NCBI GenBank assembly: GCA_965218425.1
Contig: OZ244621.1
Span: forward strand, 1,504,001 to 1,568,000
From: an uncultured Candidatus Binatia bacterium
GTDB lineage: Bacteria; Desulfobacterota; Binatia; UBA9968; CAXXLF01
Direction of reading: 5' to 3'
Length of the DNA stretch: 64,000 bases
A program made the position numbers and the translations under genes. The notes below the pieces were generated by a model. It was not told where the DNA came from. It ran no database searches and saw only the letters and a list, made by a program, of their open reading frames with translations. Shown here piece after piece: positions 24,854-35,770 of the stretch. Within the stretch, counting starts at the first letter, position 1, and every line of letters starts with the position of its first letter.

Positions 24854-25663
24854 GTGAATTTGCACATTCCTCTGATACTGTTCATTGCTTTCCTTACCTT
24901 TACTCCGTCCTCGTCGGTTGCCCAGTCTTCGGGCCGTCCGAGCTTATCGACACAGGTATATACCCCGCGTAGCACCGGCGTTGGTTACCCGCTGCAGAAC
25001 AAAGATGCGATCAAGGAGGAGGATCTCCAAGAGAGGCCTCCGATCACTCCGTCCCGGGTGACTTCGCCGGAACCGGGAAAATTTACCGTCCTCCCTGGAA
25101 TTCAGGAAGAGACGGCACCGGCAGAGGCCATGGGTGAAAGTGAAACCTCTAAGGAATTGGAATTAGGGAGCGTGCCCGGATCGAGGGGAGAAAACGAAGA
25201 GGAAGTAATCCCAGGCACGATGGATGAAATCGCTTTCCAACCGGCAGTTCAAGCTTCCTTGATTGCAAAAATCACTCCGAAGACGGCACCCCGACGTGCA
25301 GCCTCACTACGCCTTACCGAGGAAGGAAGACTACTTATCGATTCTGGAGAGTATGAAAAGGCATTGCAGGGATTTGAAAAGACCATTGCAATCGATTCCA
25401 CCAACCCCTACAGTTACTTTTATCTGGCTTTGGCCCACCACCACCTGACCCACTACCAGCAATCGACCAATTTTTTAGATGTGGCAGAATCCCTTTTGAG
25501 CGAGGAGCCCTATTGGCTCGCAAGGGTGTTCGCCCTGAAGGGGAAAAACCTCGAGGCCTTGGGTTCATTGGGGCAGGCCGATGCCAGCTATGCCCAGGCC
25601 CTTCAGCTTGATCCTAATAATCAATCTGCCTTTGAAGCCATCACTGAGATAAAATTCGAATAG
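24854..25663 (+). CDS. Exported TPR-repeat protein
   Basis: Signal-like N-terminus, low-complexity linker, C-terminal TPRs (ALQLDPNNQSA). Confidence 0.8.
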   Translation: MNLHIPLILFIAFLTFTPSSSVAQSSGRPSLSTQVYTPRSTGVGYPLQNKDAIKEEDLQERPPITPSRVTSPEPGKFTVLPGIQEETAPAEAMGESETSKELELGSVPGSRGENEEEVIPGTMDEIAFQPAVQASLIAKITPKTAPRRAASLRLTEEGRLLIDSGEYEKALQGFEKTIAIDSTNPYSYFYLALAHHHLTHYQQSTNFLDVAESLLSEEPYWLARVFALKGKNLEALGSLGQADASYAQALQLDPNNQSAFEAITEIKFE

Positions 25664-25698
25664 TGTAAGTTTGACAGATGGAGTAGAGGGGCAAACTG

Positions 25699-26712
25699 CT
25701 ACCTAGACCCCTGCCCCTTCTCGAGGGTGTAGTTGAAGATGAAGCGGATACTAAGCTGTTCTAGAGCAATCTGCTTTGGGATGGGTGTGAATGGGGAAGC
25801 CGCCCCAACGGCCCGAATGGCTTCCCGATCCAGCGCAGAGAATCCCGATGACTGTAAAATCCGCACATTTAGTAAGCGACCATCTTTGAGGATGGTAAAT
25901 TCCACATCCACCTTCCCCTCCTCTCCTTGTTCGCTGGCCTGCTCCGGGTAATGCCACGCGTGAACGATGTTCTCTTTCACCCCCTTGAGATAAGCATGGT
26001 AGTCCATCTGATTGTTAATACCGGTCGGTTCTAACTTGGCGCTTTGTTGTAGAGGTTGTTGAGGTGGTGTAACTTTGGGCTTGGGAGCCTCAATACCAAC
26101 GGTTTCACTGGCACCTTGCAGCGCTTGACGATCTCTGATCCGATCCCTTACGCGTTTAATGGCCTCATCAATGAGTTGTTCTCTCGTGACGTTGGGACTG
26201 ATTTCCTCCGGAGTGAGAGGTGCCACTGGTGGGGTTGTCTCCACTGTTTCTGGTGTTTGGACTGTTATTGGATTTTGGACAGTTTCTGGTAATGCAACAG
26301 TCTTTGTCTTCTTTGATCGGCCCAGGATTTTGTCGATCTTTTGTCCTGTACTAGTGATACCATTGCGGTGGCCCATTTCATGATAGACTTGCAAGGCCTG
26401 AGAATAAGATTCCAAGGCATCAATGGTGTTTCCCTGTAAACGGTGGATTTCGGCTACGTTATTGAAGGCAATGGCCAAGGCCAGTTCCTCCTCATTTTCA
26501 TCGGCCAAGACGATAGCCTCTTGAAGTTTGTCTAATGCCTCAGCGTAATTACCTGTTCTGGCTATGGTACGGGCTTCGTTTATCATGTCAAAAGCCTCAC
26601 CCCGCTCGACGGCAAGTCCAATGGATCCCCCAAAGAAAGTAATTAGGAGAAAGACAATGATCGGTATGGGATGGAAATATGACCTGCTCAATCTGTAAGC
26701 TGCGCGACTCAT
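25699..26712 (-). CDS. TPR domain fused to TonB C-terminal domain
   Basis: TM/signal, TPR (AFNNVAEIHRLQG), Pro/Thr linker, TonB_C (YPEQA...EGKVDVEFTI...SSGFSALDREA). Confidence 0.8.
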   Translation of the reverse strand: MSRAAYRLSRSYFHPIPIIVFLLITFFGGSIGLAVERGEAFDMINEARTIARTGNYAEALDKLQEAIVLADENEEELALAIAFNNVAEIHRLQGNTIDALESYSQALQVYHEMGHRNGITSTGQKIDKILGRSKKTKTVALPETVQNPITVQTPETVETTPPVAPLTPEEISPNVTREQLIDEAIKRVRDRIRDRQALQGASETVGIEAPKPKVTPPQQPLQQSAKLEPTGINNQMDYHAYLKGVKENIVHAWHYPEQASEQGEEGKVDVEFTILKDGRLLNVRILQSSGFSALDREAIRAVGAASPFTPIPKQIALEQLSIRFIFNYTLEKGQGSR

Positions 26713-26830
26713 AGTCCCTTTAAATCTTAGGATTGTTGTGAGTTGGGGTCAAGGGTTAATATCTTGAGCCCTGGGCATTGGGCCTTTTTTGAATTTCTTG
26801 ATGGCAGTAATGATATAAGGCCCATTGTAA

Positions 26831-27682
26831 ATGGCTAGTGAGCAGCTTCAACAATTCGGCTCCCGTTGGAGTTTACTTATCTCCATGGTTGGCCTTGCCG
26901 TGGGGACGGGCAATATCTGGCGGTTTCCCCGTATTGCGGCAAAGCATGGAGGTAGGACTTTTTTACTCCCCTGGCTGATTTTTCTTTTTCTTTGGTCCAT
27001 TCCCATCATCCTAATGGAGTATGCCATGGAGAAAGGGGCCCGAAAGGGGACCGTGGGTTCCTTTGCCAAGCTGATGGGGGGCTGACTATGCGTGGATGGG
27101 TGCCTTCGCTACCTGGCAGCGGCGCTCAACGGAGAACTACAGGGTTTGGATTCCAGTGGGTCCCTCGCTCTTTGGAACCGGTTCATTAATGGCTACCAGC
27201 CGATTCTATTTCATTTCTTCTCCATGGCCATCGGCACCTTTATCCTCCTCAGGGGAGTGGTCCGGGGGATTGAAAAGGCCAACCGGGTGTCTATTCCCTC
27301 TCTGGCGGTTTTATTGCTGATCTTACTTAGTGCGCGCAGTCACCCTCCCCGGCACCTGGGGAGGAATCGAGCGGTTTTTCACCGTGAGGTGGACCTGTTG
27401 TTAAACCACCGAGTCTGGTTGGATGGATTGACTTAGAATGCGTGGAGCACGGGTGCCGGGTGGGGACTTATTTTAACCTATGCCGTGTATATGAAAAAGA
27501 GAGAAGATACCGGGCTTAACTCAAGCGTGACCGCCTTTGCCAACCACTCGCTATCGCTGGTTTCGGGGATTATGGTCTTTGCCACGGTTTATGCTTTGAT
27601 CCCGCTGCAGGCCGGTGAGGTGATTTCTGAGCCAGGTCCGCACTTCTTGTTTGTCCGTAGTCCCGTAGTCAATGGTCAGTAG
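26831..27682 (+). pseudogene. Sodium-dependent (NSS/SNF) transporter, frameshifted and truncated
   Basis: AVGTGNIWRFP; frameshift at the G-run ~27076; further fragments GIEKAN and NAWSTGAGWGL; C-terminal half absent. Confidence 0.85.
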
Positions 27683-27734
27683 TCCCTACTCTTGCTGCCA
27701 ACCGCCTGCCGCTCTCTGGTAGCTGATTTCTCTT

Positions 27735-28553
27735 CTAGGATTCCCCCCGCCCCAGTGCCCGGGAACGCTCGGTGGCCTTTAGGATAGCGTCCATTACGGT
27801 TCCCCGCATCCCACCTTTCTCAAGTGCATAGAGGCCAGCGATGGTGGTTCCCCCGGGGGAGGTGATTTCATCTCGCCCTTGTGCCAGGTGCTTGCCGCTT
27901 TCCAAGGCCAGTTTGGCCGAGCCGTAAACGGTTTGGAGGGCCAATTTCAGAGCCACCTCCCGACTGAGGCCCACCTGAACTCCACCATCGGCGAGGGATT
28001 CGAGGAAGAGGAAAACATAGGCCGGCCCACTTCCGCTGAGGGCGGTCACGGCATCAAGGTGTTTTTCCTCCAGGGGTAACGCTATCCCCACACTTTCCAA
28101 TACGCTCTTCACACGCTCCAAGTCGGTTGAAGTGGCGTGGCTTCCCAGGGCGTATCCAGACGCGGCCGCTCCAATGACGCAGGGGGCGTTGGTCATGACG
28201 CGGACTAGCCGGGCCCCCTTCTCAAGGTAGGACTCCATCTTGGCAATGGGAACGCCTGCGGCAACGGAAACCAGGAGCCTGGTTTTGCCAAGCTGCTTGG
28301 AAATGCTTCCGAGAACCGAAGACACCTGAGGCGGTTTGACTGTGAGAATGACTATATCCGCAAATTCACAAACTGCGCCGTTGTCCGAGGTGACTTTGAT
28401 GCCAGTTTCCTGAGAGAGGGCTTTTCGCGCGGTCTCTCGCGGAGCACTGGCCATGACCTGATCTTTGCCCACCAGTTCATTGTTTAGGATGCCGCGTATG
28501 ACGGCGGAACCTATTTTGCCCGCTCCGATAATGCCAATCTTTTCCTTGAGCAT
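27735..28553 (-). CDS. proC: Pyrroline-5-carboxylate reductase
   Basis: GIIGAGKIG, DAVTALSGSGPAY, TSPGGTT. Confidence 0.95.
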   Translation of the reverse strand: MLKEKIGIIGAGKIGSAVIRGILNNELVGKDQVMASAPRETARKALSQETGIKVTSDNGAVCEFADIVILTVKPPQVSSVLGSISKQLGKTRLLVSVAAGVPIAKMESYLEKGARLVRVMTNAPCVIGAAASGYALGSHATSTDLERVKSVLESVGIALPLEEKHLDAVTALSGSGPAYVFLFLESLADGGVQVGLSREVALKLALQTVYGSAKLALESGKHLAQGRDEITSPGGTTIAGLYALEKGGMRGTVMDAILKATERSRALGRGES

Positions 28554-28918
28554 GGATCCCTCCCTCTCTGACGTCCCCTTGGTAGTCAAACCCGATCTCA
28601 AAATGATACCACAGGACCCGCTTGAGCTTTCAATAGCGATGAAATTTTCTTCAAATAGGGTTGAACTATGATCGGCGAGGATTCCATGTACGGGTGAGAA
28701 AGGCAAGTGCAGTCCTTGAGGGCCTGCAGGACGACTAAACCGGCTTCCCAATGAAAATATCAACTGGATTCCAGCAAAGCGGCCATCGCTACCCTCTGCG
28801 CGGTCCTGGTGACCACGGCAATCATCTTTTTTGTTCCGGGGGAGGGACGGATTCGTCATCCCATTTTCTAAAAAAGCAAAGGGCTAAGCGCAATTGAGTG
28901 CTGAGTGGTGATTAAGAG

Positions 28919-28974
28919 AGGGTGAAGGGTGTAGCGTGTAGGGGGCAGAGGGTATGGGACTAAGCGTTAAGTGT
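28919..28974. repeat. Degenerate 7-bp periodic tract
   Basis: agggtga agggtgt agcgtgt agggggc agagggt atgggac taagcgt taagtgt. Confidence 0.5.
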
Positions 28975-29144
28975 AATGTGTCAAGCGGGAGGTAAAATCC
29001 AACTCGGAAATTCGCTGCAGGTCCATTCTCAACCCTGAAAACTTAACACTTGTTAGCTGATAGCCGAAGGCCTAAAGGGGGACGCCATGCGATTTACGCT
29101 ACGATGTTACCAAGATGACTGATAGGGCCGAGGGTCGGTTCGAA

Positions 29145-29582
29145 TTACGTATTGTCGTCCTCGACATCCGTGGTGGCGAGTCTTCGATAGGTTCGTTCTT
29201 CCTCGATCTTTTTGAGGATCTTTGATTCCTTTTCGGTTTCCTCTTGGCACCTCACGCAAAGGCGAGTAAAGGGAAGAACTTTGAGCCGGCCCATGCCGAT
29301 TTCTTCTTCGCAGTTGTCACACCCGCACTCGCACATGCCATAGCTTTTGTCTTCAATCCGTTCCAAGGCATCGTCAATGGCCAACAGTTTGTCCCTCTCG
29401 CGGTCACTCAGGATTATATTGATCTCGCGATCCCTCTCGTCACTAGCTAGGTCGTAGGTGTCACGGCCTTCATCCTTCAATCCCTCGCTCTCTTCCTTGA
29501 GACGATCCTGAATTTCGCGCAGGAGTTGCTTCTTCATCTCCGTTAAGGAGTCCTTAGATTTTTTGAGAAAGTCTTTTCTCAT
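29145..29582 (-). CDS. dksA: TraR/DksA family transcription factor
   Basis: DTYDLA (DxxDxA), ALERIE..YGMC, C-terminal CVRCQ. Confidence 0.85.
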   Translation of the reverse strand: MRKDFLKKSKDSLTEMKKQLLREIQDRLKEESEGLKDEGRDTYDLASDERDREINIILSDRERDKLLAIDDALERIEDKSYGMCECGCDNCEEEIGMGRLKVLPFTRLCVRCQEETEKESKILKKIEEERTYRRLATTDVEDDNT

Positions 29583-29649
29583 GGTTTTTGCTCCCATAGC
29601 GATCAATCGTTTAGTACCTCAATAGTTTAAAGCAAGTGTCAAGAGCAAT

Positions 29650-30327
29650 TTACGTTCCCAACTCGATTACGTCAACCCCCTCGGGCACCTCGAGACGGAA
29701 TATGGAGTCTGCAAACCCCACCTCTCTTTGCATGCCGGAAAAACGAATGGTGGTAACGTTCCCCACCGCGTCCTCGATCCGGGCCCAGACGATGTCGAAA
29801 TCCCCCTTCTCAATACCCAGACGAAGCTCACCAACCCCCCCCAGTTCCTCTTTTGGGGTCAGCCGAATGATGAAATGGTCCGTCTCAGTTCCTATTAACG
29901 TCCCGTTAAAGTCCCGTTTGAGGTCGCCGATGCCGAGCATGAAGGACAAAGGGGTGTCCGAGAGAAACGCCTTGCTGAGACGGCTCTTGATGACCTGTTT
30001 TTCTTCCGGCTGGTAATAGTAGAGATACTCCCCGTCCGCCAGTATCAACTGCCCCTTTGGATCCTCGTACCGCCACAGCATCTTTCCAGGTCTCCTAAAA
30101 TAAACCATTCCTGATGCCTCGATGATGCGGTTCAGTGTCTTCAATTCCGTTACCTGTTGGAAATCGGCCATAAAATCGATGGTAGATTCGTACTTTTTCT
30201 GGAGGCCACGAAGGATGGACTCGGCATTCTTGGTTCCTTCCGCGGAGACCACAAGGCCAAAAGTTAAGACGGCCACGTTCAAGAAGCACCAAATGGAGAG
30301 GGAAACTATTAATAACCTTTTAGTCAT
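29650..30327 (-). CDS. lolA: Outer-membrane lipoprotein carrier LolA
   Basis: ADFQQ, RPGKMLWRY..P..Q; follows ftsK. Confidence 0.88.
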   Translation of the reverse strand: MTKRLLIVSLSIWCFLNVAVLTFGLVVSAEGTKNAESILRGLQKKYESTIDFMADFQQVTELKTLNRIIEASGMVYFRRPGKMLWRYEDPKGQLILADGEYLYYYQPEEKQVIKSRLSKAFLSDTPLSFMLGIGDLKRDFNGTLIGTETDHFIIRLTPKEELGGVGELRLGIEKGDFDIVWARIEDAVGNVTTIRFSGMQREVGFADSIFRLEVPEGVDVIELGT

Positions 30328-32569
30328 CGATTTTTCTTGCAAAAACCTCCCGGGGTTTTGCGCCGTCCGCGGGTCCGATGACCCCATCCTTTTCCATTTG
30401 TTCCACCATTCGGGCCGCCCGGTTGTATCCAACCCTAAGCCTGCGTTGGATCATAGAAATGGACGCTTGCTGGGTCTCGGAGACGATGTCCACTGCCTGG
30501 TCGTACATCTCGTCGTAATCATCCTCCCCGTTCACTCCCTCTACTTCCTTCTTTCCTTCCAGTACTTCGGGTCGGTAACGGGGCTTTGCCTGCTGGTTGA
30601 TAAATTCCACAACCTTACCAATCTCTCGATCGGAGACATAAGCCCCGTGGAGCCGAATTGGGCGTGCTGTGCCGGGGGGGAGAAAGAGCATGTCGCCGTC
30701 TCCCAGAAGACGTTCCGCACCGATGGAGTCAATAATGGTGCGGGAATCCACTCGAGATGTTACCTGAAAAGAAATACGCGCCGGGAAATTTGCCTTTATC
30801 AGGCCCGTCAAGACATCCACCGAGGGTCGCTGGGTTGCTAGAATCATATGGATTCCTGCGGCCCTTGCCTTTTGAGCAAGACGCGTGATGTACTCCTCCA
30901 CCTCCCGACCTCCCGTCATCATGAGATCGGCCAACTCGTCCACCACGATAACAATGCGAGAAAGCCTCTCGTGTACGAGGGGCGGACCCTCTTCCAGGCT
31001 GCCGCCCATTTCTGCCTCCTCCGCCGTGGACTCGTCAACCTCCGCAAGCTCGATCACCTTTTCCGGGGCGGTTTCCCTGGCCAATAGCCGGTTGTAATGA
31101 TCGAGGTCTCTGGCCCCCTTATCGCGCATGAGACGATACCGGCGATCCATTTCTTCCATGGCCCAGAACAGGGCAGCCGTGGCCCTTTTAGGTTCAACCA
31201 CCACAGGGACCAAGAGGTGGGGCAGATTCTCGTACACAGAGAGTTCCAGCATTTTGGGATCAATCATAAGAAACTGAACGTCCTGCGGGGTCGCCCTGAA
31301 CAGCATGCTCAATATCATTGCGTTAATGGACACAGACTTTCCGGTTCCCGTGGCTCCGGCCACGAGCAAATGCGGCATTCGGGCCAGGTCTGTAATAAAA
31401 GGGTGACCGGAAGTATCCTTTCCTATGGCCAGGTTCAGCTTGGACTCGGCGTTCTGATAAAGTTGGCTCTCAAGGAGTTGTTTTAGGAACACCTTCTCAC
31501 GCTTCGGGTTGGGAATCTCAATTCCGACCACCGATTCACCGGGAATTGGGGCCAGTATCCGCACGCTTACGGCCCGGAGCACCATGGAGAGGTCATCCGC
31601 TAGAGTAACGATGCGCCTCACTTTTACCCCTGAAGCCGGCTTGAATTCGAACATGGTAATGACCGGTCCGGGCCGCACCGCCACCACCTCTCCCGCAACG
31701 CCAAAATCGTTGAGTTTCTTTTGCAAGATCAGCGAATTGGCCTGCAGCGCGTCCTTGTCGATCTTGATCTGTCCCCCGTTTGGGGTATCCAAAAAGCCGA
31801 CAGACGGAAAGTTATAGCCATGTCGGATTTCGGGAAGCTCAAACTGCTCCGGCTTTGGTGGTGTTCTTTTCTTTACCTTCTTTGACGGATCCTCAGCATG
31901 GGTTTCTTCTTTTAGAACGATGGGTGGGGCTTTGAACTCCCGGCGATCCTTTTTTTTATTCTCCGCCGTTAATTTTTCTTTTCGCTCCTTGAAATACAGG
32001 TAGAGTCTTTTGATTCCACTCTGGGCTTGGAGGAGGAGTTCCTTGGTGAGATTAAGGATTGCCTCGAAGGTACTTACCAGTGAGATTTGGGACACTAGCG
32101 CCGTGGCGAGGACCAAAAGAGACAGGGCGATGAGAATTGTTCCTCCAAAACCCAACAAAGAGATGAGGACTTCCTTTGAATATCCTCCGACAATCCCTCC
32201 CGTTTCTCTTGCGGTTTCCGACACGCGCGAAAGACTCAGGAAAATTGTGCCGCTCCAAAGAAAAAGCAGATAACCAATAGCCTTAGGCAGTTGGAGTCCT
32301 TTAGGAGTTTCACGGAACAGATGGAAGGAGACCGCGAACAGAAAAAGTGGGAGAAGATAGGCGGTTAATCCTAGACCCTGAAGCAGGAAATCCGCCAGAT
32401 AGGTCCCTACCACCCCACCCCAATTGCTGGTATTCACGTTCCCCGATGGGGTATTAAAGGAGCGGTCACTTGGATCATAGGAGGCGAGGCTTATGAGGAG
32501 CAGGATGGCAATGACCGCAATCGCCATCCCCCAGATTTCCCGCATAAGCTTGGAACCTCTCATAATCAT
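30320..32569 (-). CDS. ftsK: DNA translocase FtsK
   Basis: 4TM N-terminus, PHLLVAGATGTGKS, ATQRPSVDV, gamma domain RVGYNRAAR. Confidence 0.96.
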   Translation of the reverse strand: MIMRGSKLMREIWGMAIAVIAILLLISLASYDPSDRSFNTPSGNVNTSNWGGVVGTYLADFLLQGLGLTAYLLPLFLFAVSFHLFRETPKGLQLPKAIGYLLFLWSGTIFLSLSRVSETARETGGIVGGYSKEVLISLLGFGGTILIALSLLVLATALVSQISLVSTFEAILNLTKELLLQAQSGIKRLYLYFKERKEKLTAENKKKDRREFKAPPIVLKEETHAEDPSKKVKKRTPPKPEQFELPEIRHGYNFPSVGFLDTPNGGQIKIDKDALQANSLILQKKLNDFGVAGEVVAVRPGPVITMFEFKPASGVKVRRIVTLADDLSMVLRAVSVRILAPIPGESVVGIEIPNPKREKVFLKQLLESQLYQNAESKLNLAIGKDTSGHPFITDLARMPHLLVAGATGTGKSVSINAMILSMLFRATPQDVQFLMIDPKMLELSVYENLPHLLVPVVVEPKRATAALFWAMEEMDRRYRLMRDKGARDLDHYNRLLARETAPEKVIELAEVDESTAEEAEMGGSLEEGPPLVHERLSRIVIVVDELADLMMTGGREVEEYITRLAQKARAAGIHMILATQRPSVDVLTGLIKANFPARISFQVTSRVDSRTIIDSIGAERLLGDGDMLFLPPGTARPIRLHGAYVSDREIGKVVEFINQQAKPRYRPEVLEGKKEVEGVNGEDDYDEMYDQAVDIVSETQQASISMIQRRLRVGYNRAARMVEQMEKDGVIGPADGAKPREVFARKIDD

Positions 32570-32651
32570 GGGTTGTCCTTCGCATTGGCAAACATCGATC
32601 TTGTTTCAAAGCCTGTTTGAGTTTCCCGTAACGGCCCTCTAAGGCCCTCAG

Positions 32652-34307
32652 CTACATCTCCATGATGAGTGGGACGATGACAGGCCGTCTCCCCAAGATC
32701 TTATTGAAGTACCGGCGCAGTGTTTTGCGCACCTCTTCCTTTAGCTCCAAGGGATCCGTACGAATCTCCCGGCTAACCCCCCCCAAACTCTCCAACACCA
32801 GTGTCTTTGCCTGTTCCAGGATCTCCTCCCCTTCCTCTGCCCCCGCGAAACCCCGTGAGATAATATCGGGACCTGCCACGAGTTCCCCCGTTTGCTGATG
32901 GATGGCCATTACCACCAGGACCATCCCTTGTTCTGAAAGGTGACGGCGGTCACGGATGACCACGTCTGCCACATCACCGACACCTTTTCCATCAACAAAG
33001 ACCTTGCCCACCGGGACGGAATCCGCCCGTGCGGCGCCGCGGTCGGTTAACTCCAGGACTTCACCGTCCTCCAACAGGAAGCAGCTCTCCTCGGGAATCC
33101 CAACTCCTTGGGCCAGATGGATATGTCGGACTAAATTTCGGTATTCCCCGTGGATAGGGATGAAGTAACGCGGGCGGGTCAATTCAATCATGGTTTTCAA
33201 TTCGTCTTGGCTCGCGTGACCCGACACGTGGACGTCCGAGACTGTTTCGTAATGGACCTCTGCGCCGCGACGGTAGAGGTGATCGATCACATTCGCAATG
33301 GTCTTCTCGTTTCCCGGGATCACCCTTGCCGAAAGAATCACCGTGTCACCGCGCTCCACCTTGATCCACTTGTGATCGTCTAAGGCAACCCTATGGAGCA
33401 CCGATAGCGGCTCCCCCTGACTCCCTGTGGTCAGAAACACAACCTGGTCCCTGGCGAGATCCTGCCACTTCTCCGTTTCGGTCATGACATCATCAGGGAG
33501 ACTGAGGCATCCCAAATCCGACGCAATTCGCGCGTTGTTTAGCATACTTCGGCCGCTGAGAATCAGCGTGCGCTCGAAGCGCTCCGAGACGTCCGCCACC
33601 TGTTGGATGCGCGGAATATTGGATGAGAATGTTGATATGAAGATTCTACCTTCGCAACCCGAAAAGAGCCCCTCTAGATTTTTTCCCACCTCTCGTTCCG
33701 AGCGGGTACGACCCCAGCGTTCCACGTTGGTGGAGTCAGACAGGAGTAGCAAAACTCCCTTCTCCCCGTAGGCGGCAAAACTGTTGGCATCGAATAGCTC
33801 ACCGTCCATGGGAGTGAGATCGATCTTGAAGTCTCCGGTATGGATTACGACGCCGACAGGTGTCTCAATGGCCAAGGCCAGACAGTGGAGTAGGCTATGG
33901 GTGACGCGGATCCCTTCCAACTGAAAAGGGCCCAGCTCCCACCGGCGCCCCGCAGAGATCTCACGGAGCGTGGCTGTCTTTTCAAGATTGTGTTCCCTGA
34001 GCTTATTCCGTAGTAGTCCAAGGGTCAGCGTGGAGCCATAAATGGGAACGAGTAATTGCTTGAGGATATAGGGGAGGGCTCCGATATGGTCTTCATGGGC
34101 ATGGGTCAGGACGATCCCATGGAGTTTCTTCTTGCCATCCACGAGATAGCTGATATCGGGAATCACCAGATCGATACCCAAAAGGTCCGTTCCAGGAAAC
34201 ATCAATCCGCAATCGACGGCGATGACAGAATCGCCATATTCGATGAGCATCATGTTTGCCCCAAACTCACCCAGTCCTCCTAAGGGAATGATTCTCAGCG
34301 GATCCAA
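32652..34307 (-). CDS. rnj: Ribonuclease J
   Basis: PLGGLGEFG, THAHEDHIG, TGSQGEP, HVSGHAS; TTG start after GAGGAAAGG. Confidence 0.94.
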   Translation of the reverse strand: MDPLRIIPLGGLGEFGANMMLIEYGDSVIAVDCGLMFPGTDLLGIDLVIPDISYLVDGKKKLHGIVLTHAHEDHIGALPYILKQLLVPIYGSTLTLGLLRNKLREHNLEKTATLREISAGRRWELGPFQLEGIRVTHSLLHCLALAIETPVGVVIHTGDFKIDLTPMDGELFDANSFAAYGEKGVLLLLSDSTNVERWGRTRSEREVGKNLEGLFSGCEGRIFISTFSSNIPRIQQVADVSERFERTLILSGRSMLNNARIASDLGCLSLPDDVMTETEKWQDLARDQVVFLTTGSQGEPLSVLHRVALDDHKWIKVERGDTVILSARVIPGNEKTIANVIDHLYRRGAEVHYETVSDVHVSGHASQDELKTMIELTRPRYFIPIHGEYRNLVRHIHLAQGVGIPEESCFLLEDGEVLELTDRGAARADSVPVGKVFVDGKGVGDVADVVIRDRRHLSEQGMVLVVMAIHQQTGELVAGPDIISRGFAGAEEGEEILEQAKTLVLESLGGVSREIRTDPLELKEEVRKTLRRYFNKILGRRPVIVPLIMEM

Positions 34308-35089
34308 GAGATACCTTTCCTCTCGACACCGGTTTGTGCGGGAAAAAACTCTACTGATTGATTTGGCAGATCGCCGGCAGAGGCGGCTTGGCAATGGTCG
34401 TTTGGCTCCATCGCCTCTCGCACCCGGGTCATAAGTTTTCCTAAGTTCTCCACACGATACTGATCAACGGGAATAGGTTCACTTACAATCACTTCTATCT
34501 GTCCTCCCTTAATGCGCCACACCCCTTTGGGCAAAATGGCTCCTGATCCGCGAATGGTCACAGGCACTATGGGCCTATGAGTCTGTACGGCAAGGAGAAA
34601 TCCACCTCTCTTGAAGGGAAGAAGGCTTTCCCCCATGCCGCGCGTGCCTTCGGGAAAGATCACCATGGAGATCCCCCTGTTGATTTTTTCCTTTGCCTTC
34701 CTGAGGCTAACCCTGGCTTGCGAAAGGTTCTGTCGATTCACAATCACATGCTTGGAACTCCACATGGCCCAACCGAAAAGGGGAATCCACAATAGCTCTC
34801 TCTTAGCTATCCAACGCAGTTGAAATCCCAGTAAAGCTTGCATCAACGCGGGAATATCGATATAGCTCCGATGGTTGGCGATAAAGATATAGGGGCGATT
34901 CGGGTCGAGCCGTTCCAGCCCTTGTACCTTAAGTTGAATGCCAAATACCTTTAAAATGGACCAGGTCCAGAATCGGGAAATGTGGTAGGCCAGCCTCCCA
35001 TCTCGATCAAATGGTGCCAAAAAGATTATCAGGGTGCCTGTAGGAAGAGTGAGGAGGCCTAGAAGCAGCAGCTTGAGGCTATAAGGCAT
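34295..35089 (-). CDS. plsC: 1-acyl-sn-glycerol-3-phosphate acyltransferase
   Basis: NHRSYID, FPEGTR, PFKRGGF. Confidence 0.9.
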   Translation of the reverse strand: MPYSLKLLLLGLLTLPTGTLIIFLAPFDRDGRLAYHISRFWTWSILKVFGIQLKVQGLERLDPNRPYIFIANHRSYIDIPALMQALLGFQLRWIAKRELLWIPLFGWAMWSSKHVIVNRQNLSQARVSLRKAKEKINRGISMVIFPEGTRGMGESLLPFKRGGFLLAVQTHRPIVPVTIRGSGAILPKGVWRIKGGQIEVIVSEPIPVDQYRVENLGKLMTRVREAMEPNDHCQAASAGDLPNQSVEFFPAQTGVERKGISWIR

Positions 35090-35251
35090 CAAAAGGTAAT
35101 TAATTTAGTATAAATTTCAAATAATACAAACAAGTTAGTGTAAGTCATCGTTGAGAAAAAAGCAATAAAACAGTGATTTTTTTGTTGACTCGGAAATTGG
35201 CCGGGACTAATGTCGTTGCTCCAATAACGAGCAGGGAATCGAGATTTCGCC

Positions 35252-35674
35252 ATGTCAGTCAATAAGGTTATGCTCATAGGAAATCTGGGTAAAGACCCAG
35301 AAGTCCGTTTTACTGCCAGTGGGCGGGCAATGGCCCGCTTTCCCATTGCCACCTCCGAGTTCTGGATGGATGCCGAAGGCCAACGTCAAGAGAGGACGGA
35401 GTGGCATAACATTGTGGTCTGGGGTAAGCAGGGAGAAACCTGCGGGCAGTATTTGGCTAAAGGGAGGCAGGTTTTTGTGGAAGGGAGCATCCGAAGTCGC
35501 TCCTACGACGACAAGAGCGGGAACAAACGTTATGTGACCGAGATTATAGCCCAGAGGGTTCGCTTTCTTGGAGGTGGAGGCGGAGGACGCATGGCCCCTG
35601 AGGCCGGAGGCCCGGTTGAGGATCCCGCCGCCGGTGGAGACACCCCACCCATGGATGATGATATCCCCTTCTAG
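35252..35674 (+). CDS. ssb: Single-stranded DNA-binding protein
   Basis: [15 protein letters not shown]...DDDIPF. Confidence 0.97.
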   Translation: MSVNKVMLIGNLGKDPEVRFTASGRAMARFPIATSEFWMDAEGQRQERTEWHNIVVWGKQGETCGQYLAKGRQVFVEGSIRSRSYDDKSGNKRYVTEIIAQRVRFLGGGGGGRMAPEAGGPVEDPAAGGDTPPMDDDIPF

Positions 35675-35770
35675 CGCATCACGATCCTCGATCCTACCCC
35701 CATCTTAAGGGCCGTATGCCACACAACGACTCTTGATTCGTTCCTTGCCGCGAGAACCCAACTAACGGTC

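Noticed and set aside
35100..35135. dif-like site (ATTTAGTATAA resembles a XerD arm)
   Set aside because: No matching XerC arm; better explained as the AT-rich divergent plsC/ssb promoter region
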